Assembly (NCBI GenBank): GCA_963555995.3
Contig: OY821641.1
Span: forward strand, 1,824,001 to 1,888,000
Direction of reading: 5' to 3'
Length of the DNA stretch: 64,000 bases
Source: Vicinamibacteria bacterium
GTDB taxonomy: Bacteria; Acidobacteriota; Vicinamibacteria; Marinacidobacterales; Marinacidobacteraceae
Part shown: positions 39,729 to 47,938 of the stretch, piece by piece
Layout of the letters: every line of letters begins with the position of its first letter
Numbering within the stretch: the stretch's first letter is position 1
Program-made: the position numbers and the translations under genes
Notes under the pieces: model-generated
Told to the model about the DNA's origin: nothing
What the model saw: the letters and a program-made list of their open reading frames with translations, nothing else
Database searches by the model: none

Positions 39729-41356
39729 TCCTTCGGCTCCTCGTCGCCGGCGCGCTGTCGGGCGCCACCGTCGCCGGGGCGCCGGCCGGCGCGCAGCCGC
39801 GCTTCTCCGACGTGACCTCCGCTTCCGGCGTCGAGTTCACCCACCGCACCGGCAGGGAGGACGCCGGCCGCCCTGCCTACTTCATGCCCGAGATCATGGG
39901 GTCGGGCGTGGCCCTCTTCGATCGGGATGGCGACGGTGACCTCGACCTCTATCTCGTCCAGGGGGAGGGCCCGGACCGGTTCTTCGAAAACCGGGGACCG
40001 GGGATCCGGTTCGCCGAGATCGCCGGGACTCCGGGCGGCGGCGCCTACGGCATGGGCGTGGCGGCCGGGGACGCCGACGGTGACGGCGACCTCGACCTCT
40101 TCCGGACCGGATACGGACCCGACGCGCTCTTGTTCAACGCCGGACCGGATGGGTTTCGCGTGTCCGGCGCGGAGGACTGGGACGACGGTTGGGGCGCGTC
40201 CGCGACCTTCTGCGACTACGACGCCGACGGGCGCCTCGACCTCTTCGTGACCCGCTACATGGACTACGACCCGGACTTCTCGTGCTTCGCGGCCACCGGG
40301 GAGCAGGACTACTGCGACCCGACGGACGTGCCCGGGTTGCCGGACCTTCTCTACCGGAACACCGGGGACGGGCAGTTCGTCGAGGTCGGGAACGAGGCCG
40401 GGATCGCCGCGCTCCCGGCAAGAGGACTCGGGGTCGTCTGCCACGATTTCACCGGCGATGGGCGGCTGGACTTCTACGTGGCGAACGACACCGAGGCGAA
40501 TCACCTCTGGGTGAACCAGGGCGATGGGACGTTCACCGAAGAGGCGTTGCTGCTCGGGGCCGCTCTCAGCGGCTTCGGCCGTCCCGAGGCCGGCATGGGG
40601 ATCGAGATCGGCGACCTGAGCGGCGACGGCGTCTTCGACATCCTGCTCACCCACTTCGCCGACGAGACGAACACCGTCTATCTCGCCGAACCGGGGATCG
40701 GCTTCGTGGACGGCTCCATCGCTCTCGGGCTCGGAACGCTCGGCCTCGCGACGACCGGGTTCGGAGTCGCCCTCGGCGACTTCGATCTGGACGGCTTTCT
40801 CGACGCGGTGATCGCCAACGGGCGGGTGGCGCGTCGGCCGGGCGAGTCCCCCCGCCCTCCCTTCTTCGCCCAGTACGAAGAAGCGGCCCTGGTCCTGCGC
40901 GGAGGACGCGAGCGGTTCGAGGATGCCGGCGCCGCGTCGCCCGAGCTGAGCGGGCGGAGGGTCGTCGGCCGGGGGCTGGCGGCCGGGGATCTCGACGGCG
41001 ACGGCGATCCCGATCTCGTGCTCACCGCCGCCGACGGTCCGGCCCGGATCTTCGAGAACGTTTCGGACCACGACGGGAACTGGCTGCTCGTGGCGGCCCG
41101 GCTGCCCGGCGGCGCGCCCGATCACGGGGCCGCCGTCAGGCTCCACACCTCCGCGGGAACGCGGGTCGCCCGCGCCAACCCCGGCGTCTCCTACCTGAGT
41201 TCCGGCGATCCGCGCGCCCACTTCGGGATTCCCGCGGGCGCCGCCATCGAGGGTCTGACGGTCCGCTGGTCCGACGGCTCGGAAGAGGCCTTCCCCGCAC
41301 CGCCGCCGAACGGGGTCGCGCTGGTGGTCCGCGGCGCCGGAACGATCCATGACTGA
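39725..41356 (+). CDS. CRTAC1 / ASPIC-UnbV family protein; probable CTG start
   Basis: MGSGVALFDRDGDGDLD, VANDTEAN and SYLSSGDPRAHFG; an in-frame signal peptide (LILRLLVAGALSGATVAGAPAGAQP) lies upstream of the annotated 39812 start. Confidence 0.85.
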   Translation: MILRLLVAGALSGATVAGAPAGAQPRFSDVTSASGVEFTHRTGREDAGRPAYFMPEIMGSGVALFDRDGDGDLDLYLVQGEGPDRFFENRGPGIRFAEIAGTPGGGAYGMGVAAGDADGDGDLDLFRTGYGPDALLFNAGPDGFRVSGAEDWDDGWGASATFCDYDADGRLDLFVTRYMDYDPDFSCFAATGEQDYCDPTDVPGLPDLLYRNTGDGQFVEVGNEAGIAALPARGLGVVCHDFTGDGRLDFYVANDTEANHLWVNQGDGTFTEEALLLGAALSGFGRPEAGMGIEIGDLSGDGVFDILLTHFADETNTVYLAEPGIGFVDGSIALGLGTLGLATTGFGVALGDFDLDGFLDAVIANGRVARRPGESPRPPFFAQYEEAALVLRGGRERFEDAGAASPELSGRRVVGRGLAAGDLDGDGDPDLVLTAADGPARIFENVSDHDGNWLLVAARLPGGAPDHGAAVRLHTSAGTRVARANPGVSYLSSGDPRAHFGIPAGAAIEGLTVRWSDGSEEAFPAPPPNGVALVVRGAGTIHD

Positions 41357-42770
41357 GGCGCGGGCGCTTCGGCGCGGGGGCGCGGGATGCCTCCTGGCGC
41401 TCGTCGCGCTGTCGGCGGCCGCCTGTGGAGGGCCGGAGATTCCCGAAGTCGGGTCCGACGGCATGGAACCCGCCGTCCGCGAGGCCATTCGCGGCGCCCG
41501 GGACGCCCTCGCCGCCGACCGGGGAAACGCGACTGCCTGGGGGCGCTTCGGCATGGTGCTCCACGCCCATCGACTGGCGCCTCCCGCGGGCCTTGCCTAT
41601 GCCGAGGCCGCCCGTCTCGACGCGGACGACCACCGCTGGCCGCACCTCCACGCCCGCCTTCTCGAAACCGCCGAACCCGCGCGCGCGCTGGGTCTGGCGG
41701 ACGAGGCGCTCCGCCGGAGTCCCCGTTTCGCCCCCGCGCTCGCGCTCCGGGCGCGGGTGCTCGAGGGAATGGGTGACGACGACGCGGCCGAAGTTGCCTG
41801 GGAGGCGCTCCACGCGGCGGCGCCCGGATCCATCGAGGCGCCGCTGGCGCTCGGACGCCGCCGCCTCCTGCGGGGAGATCTGGAGGGCGCGCGTACGGCT
41901 TTCGAGCGCGTCGTCGAGCGCCTTCCGTCCTCCACCGCCGGTTGGTCCTTCCTGGCGCAGGTGTTGCTGCGCACCGATGACCCGGAGGGCGCCGCTCAGG
42001 CAGCCGCCCGAGCCCGAATCGCCGCCCGGTCGGCATCGCTCGGCGCCACCGCCGATCCGGATCCCCTGCTGATCGCCGTCGAGGACCTCCGCGCCGACAG
42101 TCACGGTCGGGAGGCCCGCGCCCGGCGCGCGGCTGCGTCCGGAGACCACGACGGGGCGGAAGCGATCTACCGGCGGCTGGTGAACGAACGGCCCGGGAGC
42201 GCTGACCTCCACTACAACCACGGCAACGCCCTGGCCCGGCTGGGCCGCACCGAAGAGGCGGAAGCGGCCTATCGCACCGCCCTCTCACGCGACCCCGATT
42301 CGAGCGCGGCGATGGCGAACCTCGCGAATCTGCTCGCCCGGAGCGGCCGGGACGGGGAAGCCGACGACCTCTACCGCCGCTCCATCGCCAGCGACCCCGG
42401 CCACCTCCCCACCCTGCTCGGGGCCTCGAGCCTGCACTTCCAGCGCGGCGACCTGCGGCAGGCGGAGCGGTATCTCCGGAACGCGCTGGAGCGTGATCCC
42501 GGCCATCCCGGCGCCCTCCAGGGTCTCGGTCAACTGCTCGCCACCGCGGGCCGGCTGGGGGAGGCGGCGGAGACGCTGTCCCGGGCGCTCGCCGCCGCCC
42601 GGGAAGCAGGGGCCGCCCCCGGCCAGCTCGCCGGGATCCACTTCCTCCTCGCCGACGTGGAGCGCCAGCGGGGCCGCACCGCACAGGCCCGAACCCACCT
42701 GACGGAGGCGGAATCCCTCGGGATGACCATCCCTCCCGCCTTCCGCGCCCTCCTCGAACCCGAACGCTGA
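41349..42770 (+). CDS. TPR-repeat lipoprotein
   Basis: Lipobox AAAC and multiple TPRs (LHYNHGNALARLG). Confidence 0.82.
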   Translation: MTEARALRRGGAGCLLALVALSAAACGGPEIPEVGSDGMEPAVREAIRGARDALAADRGNATAWGRFGMVLHAHRLAPPAGLAYAEAARLDADDHRWPHLHARLLETAEPARALGLADEALRRSPRFAPALALRARVLEGMGDDDAAEVAWEALHAAAPGSIEAPLALGRRRLLRGDLEGARTAFERVVERLPSSTAGWSFLAQVLLRTDDPEGAAQAAARARIAARSASLGATADPDPLLIAVEDLRADSHGREARARRAAASGDHDGAEAIYRRLVNERPGSADLHYNHGNALARLGRTEEAEAAYRTALSRDPDSSAAMANLANLLARSGRDGEADDLYRRSIASDPGHLPTLLGASSLHFQRGDLRQAERYLRNALERDPGHPGALQGLGQLLATAGRLGEAAETLSRALAAAREAGAAPGQLAGIHFLLADVERQRGRTAQARTHLTEAESLGMTIPPAFRALLEPER

Positions 42771-42787
42771 CCCGTGCCGTTGACCAT

Positions 42788-43150
42788 CGGAGCGCCGGCC
42801 TCCGGCCGGCACCGCCGACCGCAGGGAGGCGAAACGCACGCCGCCACCGATTCCCATGGTGTGGTCCCAACCGGAACCGGCGCCACGTCGCCCGAAAAGA
42901 GCCGCACGTTCGCGGGGGAGGAGCGCCATCAGCGCGGGTTTCGCGCTCCCGCGCGATGCCAGCCGGAGGCTGGCGCTCCGACGCGGACCGGAAGAGGTCA
43001 CATTTTCACAGCAACTCGGCGGCGGGAGTTTCACCACAGGCTGCTGGCCGCAGCGCCGACGACCCCGCGCCGTCGGGCGAGGTGGCACCCCCGGCTTGGA
43101 ACGCCGGTCTCCAGACCGGCACGCGCGGCGCTCCGCGCCGCGCACGGCGC
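42788..43150. repeat. Type-C REP pair plus a single type-B arm
   Basis: CGGAGCGCCGGCCTCCGGCCGGCA ... TGCCAGCCGGAGGCTGGCGCTCCG; GGCTTGGAACGCCGGTCTCCAGACCGGCAC at about 43093. Confidence 0.7.
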
Positions 43151-43252
43151 AACTTCATGCCGCCCTCGCGGCACCCCGGAAGTTGCCCGTCCCGAGGGGC
43201 CCCGATACAGTGATTTCGGGGGCACCGGCCCCCCAGCGTAGTTGAGGACGCC

Positions 43253-44422
43253 ATGAACAACATCCCCAGGCGACGTTTCCTTGAGGCCGGGGCCGTCGGA
43301 CTCGGGGCCGGGCTTCTCGCGCCCGTGTCCGCCGCCGGCCGATCCCGCACCACCCCCTCATCCGCCACCGACTCCGCCCGGGTCCGGATGACCGGGGACG
43401 GGCTCGGGCTGACGCCCGCCGAGCAGGGACGCCTGCTCGCGCGGATGGCAGAAGAGGGCCGCATCGAGCGGGATTCCTATTCGAACGGGGGCGTCGTCCA
43501 GGTGCTCGAGGAGGCCTTCGCGCGGGTCCTCGGGAAAGAACGCGCGGCCTTCATGCCGACCGGGACCCTGGCCAACCACCTGGCGGTGCGCAGCCTGGCC
43601 GGTCCCGGCGGCGGCCGGGCGATCGTGCAGGCCGAGGCCCACCTGTACAACGACTCGGGAGACTGCGTGCAGACGCTGAGTGCGATCCCGCTGGTTCCGC
43701 TCGCACCGGGCCGCTCGACCTTCAGCCTCGAGCAGGTGCAGGAGATCGTGGAGCGCACCCGCGGCGGGCGCGTGGCGCGGCCGGTCGCGGTGATCTCGAT
43801 CGAGACCCCGGTGAGGCGGCGGTCGGGCGAGACGTTCGATCAGGGCGAACTCACCCGGATCGCCGCCTACGCGCGGAGCGAGGGCATCCGGCTGCACCTG
43901 GACGGGGCGCGGATGTTCCTGGAGAGCGCCTACACGGGGATGGACGTAGCCGAACTGGCCCGCCCCTGCGACACCGTGTACGTGTCGCTCTACAAGTACT
44001 TCAACGCGGCCTCGGGCGCCATCCTCGCCGGCCCGGCCGCGCTGCTCGACGGCATGTTCCACACGCGACGGATGTTCGGCAGCGGACTCCCCGGCGCCTG
44101 GCCCTTCGCGGCGGTCGCCCTCAACTTCCTCCCGGGATTCATGGACCGATTCACGAGCGCGGTGGGGGTCTCCGAGTCCTTCATCACCGAGGTGACACGG
44201 CACGGCGCGTTCTCCGTCGAGCGGCTGGCGGGCGGCACCAACCTGTTCCGGATGCGGGTGGACAGCGCCGACCCCGAGGCCTTCCGGCGGCGGCTCCGCG
44301 AGCGGGAGGTGGATCTGGGGGGCGTCCGCCCGGACGGGCGGTTCATGATCGGCGTGAACGAGACCTGGAACCGCGCCGCGCCGGACGAACTGGCCCGGCG
44401 TTTCCGCTCCGCGCTGGCCTGA
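43253..44422 (+). CDS. Low-specificity threonine aldolase / beta-eliminating lyase family PLP enzyme with a Tat signal
   Basis: PRRRFLE; FMPTGTLAN, LHLDGAR and SLYK (PLP Lys). Confidence 0.85.
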   Translation: MNNIPRRRFLEAGAVGLGAGLLAPVSAAGRSRTTPSSATDSARVRMTGDGLGLTPAEQGRLLARMAEEGRIERDSYSNGGVVQVLEEAFARVLGKERAAFMPTGTLANHLAVRSLAGPGGGRAIVQAEAHLYNDSGDCVQTLSAIPLVPLAPGRSTFSLEQVQEIVERTRGGRVARPVAVISIETPVRRRSGETFDQGELTRIAAYARSEGIRLHLDGARMFLESAYTGMDVAELARPCDTVYVSLYKYFNAASGAILAGPAALLDGMFHTRRMFGSGLPGAWPFAAVALNFLPGFMDRFTSAVGVSESFITEVTRHGAFSVERLAGGTNLFRMRVDSADPEAFRRRLREREVDLGGVRPDGRFMIGVNETWNRAAPDELARRFRSALA

Positions 44423-44464
44423 CGGGTCCCCGGAGACGCCCTCGGCCGGGGCGCGGCGGATCTC

Positions 44465-46651
44465 CTACCGGGAGCGGTCCGCGAGGTGCTCCCCGAAGAA
44501 GCGCCCGACCCGGGTCCAGGCGTCGCGCAGGACGTGCTCCCGGTGGAAGTAGTGGAACTCCCCGGGATAGGTCACGAGTTCGAAGTCCTTGCCTTCCCGG
44601 AGGAGGCCGTCGGCCAGGTTGATGGACTCGAAGTAGGACACGTTCACGTCCGACGTCCCGTGCAGCATGAGCAGCGGGCGTTCCACGCGATCCACCCGCT
44701 CGGCGGGCGCCGCGAGTTCATAGACGGCGGGGTTCTCCGCGGGGTTCCCCATCCGGCCCACCACCCAGGGGCCGCCGGGGTCGCGGAACCAGAGCCCGAA
44801 GTCGCCGACGCCGGCGACGTTCACCCCCGCTGCGAACAGCGTGGGGTCCAGCGTGAGCGCCTGCATCGTCATGAAACCCCCGTAGCTGAGCCCCCAGACC
44901 CCGATCCGGTCCGGGTCCACGAACTCGAGCGTCCGCAGGTAGTCCCCGGCGGCCGCGACGTCCTGGTAGTCCCCGCCCCCGACGTCGCGGTAGGACTCCT
45001 GCCGGAAGTTCCGGCCGTAGCCGATGCTCCCGCGATAGTCGGGCATCAGCACCACGTAGCCCTCGGAGGCGAGAAGCTGGTGGAACGAGTGGTACACCCC
45101 GTAGTCGCGGCGGACGTGCCAGCCGTCGTAGTTCTGGGCGATCCCGTCCCCGTGCACCCACACGATCGCGGGATGCTGCATGGAACGATCGAGGTCCTCG
45201 GCGACGAAGAGGTAGCCGGGCACCTCACCTCCGTCACGCGCCGGATACCGGAGGAACTCCCCTTCGGTGAAGAACGCCGGGTCGAGGGACTCGGGCAGCG
45301 AATTGGTGAGCCGTTCCGGCTCCCCCGATCCACGGGTCTCCGTCACGAAGAGGTCGGGAACGGCACGCGGTCCGGTGTGCTGGAACACGATGCGCGAGCC
45401 GTCGGGAGAGAACCCGCCGTGTTCCGAACTCAGCCGGAATCCGGTGGCGACGGACGGCTGGGTGTTCGTGCCCCGCGCCGCGGTGATCCGCGTTGGAGCG
45501 GCGTCCGGGAGCTCCGCGGTATCCGCGACGAAGAGCTGGCGCTGTCCGGGATGGTCGGGATTCGCGTCCCAGCCGAGCATTCCGCCGTCGGGCGACCAGG
45601 CGAAGCGCCGCGCCTCTTCCCGAGGCCCCGTGAGGGCGTGCGCCGAACCGTCGGCCAGCGAGACCACCACCAGTTGGTCCCAGCCGGAGGAGTCGTCCAC
45701 GAGCGCCACCCACTCACCGTCGGGAGAGGGCCGCGGTTCGCCCCCCAGGTAGTTGAGGCTCCACCACTTCTCGTCTTCGGTGACGTGCAGGGGACGGAGC
45801 GAGCCGTCGCGGAGGTCGGCGAGGACCACCGAACGCGTCCGGACGTCGGGCGCGACTTCCTGGAAAACCAGCCGCGCCGTGTCCACCCAGCGGGGGCTCG
45901 ACACGGCGCCGGGTCCGGCCGCGATGCGCCGCGCCACCCCGTTCCGGACCACCGGCGCCACCCAGAGGTCGGGCGCCGTGCCGCGAAACCGGCGATAGAG
46001 CAGCGAGTCTCCCGAGATCTCGTGGGTCTCGTCCACCGTTTCCCGGTTCGAGACCGTGTAGGCGATGAACCGGCCGTCCGGGGACCACGCGGGTTCGCCG
46101 TCCGTCCGGTCGTCCGTCGAGGTCAACCGGATCTCGGCGCCGTCGGCGAGATCGCGGACGAACAGATCCCCGCCCCGCAGGAACGCGATCCGGCGGCCGT
46201 CGGGGGAAGGGACGAAGCCGGACTCACCGCCCGGCTCGTCATGGAAGACGGCGCGCAGCGTCCCCGCGAGGTCCGGATCCATCTGGTAGAGCCGCCCGTT
46301 GCGGGTGAAATGGAGCAGGTCGCCGTCCCCGCCCCAGAAGAGCCCGCCGATCACCTCGTAGGAGTCCCCCCAGCGCGTCAACTGGCGCGGGGGCTCGCCG
46401 GAGCCCGGCGCCACCGCGTAGAGGTCCATCTGCTGGTTCAGGTCCCAGACGAAGAACACCTCGTCGCCGTCGGGACTCCACACGGGCGCCGTCGGATGCC
46501 GGATGTCCAGGACATCCTCCAGGGTCATGCGGGGCGCTTCCTCGGGCTGGTCGCAGGCGGCGAGGAGCAGCGCCGCACCGAGCAGGACAAACACCTCGCC
46601 CGCAACGACGCTTCTCGAAACGGGTGGTCGCGCTTGCGTCTCGTTTCTCAT
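44465..46651 (-). CDS. S9 family (prolyl oligo-/dipeptidyl aminopeptidase-like) peptidase with a beta-propeller
   Basis: WSPDG repeats, GVWGLSYGG nucleophile, HGTSD and YPGEFH; lipobox LAAC. Confidence 0.9.
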   Translation of the reverse strand: MRNETQARPPVSRSVVAGEVFVLLGAALLLAACDQPEEAPRMTLEDVLDIRHPTAPVWSPDGDEVFFVWDLNQQMDLYAVAPGSGEPPRQLTRWGDSYEVIGGLFWGGDGDLLHFTRNGRLYQMDPDLAGTLRAVFHDEPGGESGFVPSPDGRRIAFLRGGDLFVRDLADGAEIRLTSTDDRTDGEPAWSPDGRFIAYTVSNRETVDETHEISGDSLLYRRFRGTAPDLWVAPVVRNGVARRIAAGPGAVSSPRWVDTARLVFQEVAPDVRTRSVVLADLRDGSLRPLHVTEDEKWWSLNYLGGEPRPSPDGEWVALVDDSSGWDQLVVVSLADGSAHALTGPREEARRFAWSPDGGMLGWDANPDHPGQRQLFVADTAELPDAAPTRITAARGTNTQPSVATGFRLSSEHGGFSPDGSRIVFQHTGPRAVPDLFVTETRGSGEPERLTNSLPESLDPAFFTEGEFLRYPARDGGEVPGYLFVAEDLDRSMQHPAIVWVHGDGIAQNYDGWHVRRDYGVYHSFHQLLASEGYVVLMPDYRGSIGYGRNFRQESYRDVGGGDYQDVAAAGDYLRTLEFVDPDRIGVWGLSYGGFMTMQALTLDPTLFAAGVNVAGVGDFGLWFRDPGGPWVVGRMGNPAENPAVYELAAPAERVDRVERPLLMLHGTSDVNVSYFESINLADGLLREGKDFELVTYPGEFHYFHREHVLRDAWTRVGRFFGEHLADRSR

Positions 46652-46771
46652 GAATACCTTGCCTCTCGTCGCACGAAACTGCGGGGACGTGCGCCCGCCG
46701 ATGGTATCCGGCCGGCCAGGAGCGGATCGCGGTAGAGTTGGCGCCATCAGCGAGAGACCCGAGTCCTCCCA

Positions 46772-47092
46772 ATGACACAAGAGAAACTGCGCGCCGTCGA
46801 ACAGTTCATCAAGAGGCTCTACGAGGAGACCTATGAGGGCAAGGTGCGATTCGGACCGGTTTTTGCCAACTCGGACTCCGATGACGATGGGGACTACATC
46901 AGGGTTCGTGTGATCTACGACTCTCCCTCCGGCAAACTGGATCCGAAGAAAACCATCGCCCTGCTCCTGCGCATCGAAAAGCACCTGGAAGAGAACATGG
47001 AGATCACCGCTCCGGCTGTGATCTCGCACGTGGATCGGACTGAAGAACGAGAGTGGACACCCGATGTCTTCCAGCTTGCTGAAGACTTCTGA
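46772..47092 (+). CDS. Hypothetical protein, possible antitoxin with a degenerate nucleotidyltransferase-like fold
   Basis: Lower-GC codon usage, acidic DSDDDGDYIRVRVIYD segment, overlaps the downstream HEPN-like gene. Confidence 0.55.
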   Translation: MTQEKLRAVEQFIKRLYEETYEGKVRFGPVFANSDSDDDGDYIRVRVIYDSPSGKLDPKKTIALLLRIEKHLEENMEITAPAVISHVDRTEEREWTPDVFQLAEDF

Positions 47093-47519
47093 GCACCTGC
47101 TCCCGACGGGTCCGGGGCGGCCCCGGCAATCCGATCTGCGCCGTGCGGTGAGCACCGCGTACTACGCGCTGTTCCACGAGCTGGCGAGGACTTGCGCGGA
47201 TCGCCTCGCGGGCACGAGGGCCAGAAAGAGCGAAGTGTGGAGACAGGTCTATCGCGCACTCGACCACGCCGGCGTCCCGAACGCACCCGGAGAGCGGGTG
47301 AGAAGACTTGACCCTGCGGTCCAGGGATTCGTGGCCGTCTGGAAACTCATGCGGCACGCGAGGAACGAAGCCGACTACGATCCCTGGAAACGCCTCTACA
47401 AGTCAGAGGTCGAAGACAACATCGCGACCATCCGCCAAGCGATGCACCAGTTCGCCAAAGCGCCGGCGGCAGAGCAGCGAGCACTGGCGATCCTCGTGCT
47501 GATGAAGACGCGCATCTGA
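47064..47519 (+). CDS. HEPN-like domain protein
   Basis: DLRRAVSTAYYALFH and RNEADYDP motifs. Confidence 0.75.
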   Translation: MSSSLLKTSEHLLPTGPGRPRQSDLRRAVSTAYYALFHELARTCADRLAGTRARKSEVWRQVYRALDHAGVPNAPGERVRRLDPAVQGFVAVWKLMRHARNEADYDPWKRLYKSEVEDNIATIRQAMHQFAKAPAAEQRALAILVLMKTRI

Positions 47520-47938
47520 CCCATCAGGCCGCGTCGCGCCGTTTGCCGTAGCTCTCCGACATGCGATTTCCCCCGCCTGGGGCAGGACGGCACCGGCCCC
47601 GCCGGGGGAATTCGGCTGGAGGTCGGCATTCCCGTACAGTGACCCGCGACGACGCGGCTCCGGGGACTGCCCGAAAAGGTGTCCCGTTCTGGCTCCGTGA
47701 GGAAGGAAGGAGACGGATGGAGGTGGGCCCGGAAACCCGGACCCTGGAGCCGCGCACGGGACGAGCGCACCCGAAACGCCGATTGCGGGAAACCGGCAGG
47801 GCACCGGCAGATTAGCGCGCCCCGTTCGGCTGTCAAGGACCGATTCCGCCGCAGAATCCCGGACGGCGTCCGGCCTCCGAATTCCGTTCCGGAGACGCGA
47901 AAATAGGGGCGCCGGACCGCGACCCCGACGCGCCGCCC

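Noticed and set aside
47520-47938. About 420-bp intergenic region with small hairpins as an ncRNA or riboswitch
   Set aside because: I could not recognise any known RNA family; short GC-rich stems are expected by chance. An Rfam/Infernal search would be needed.
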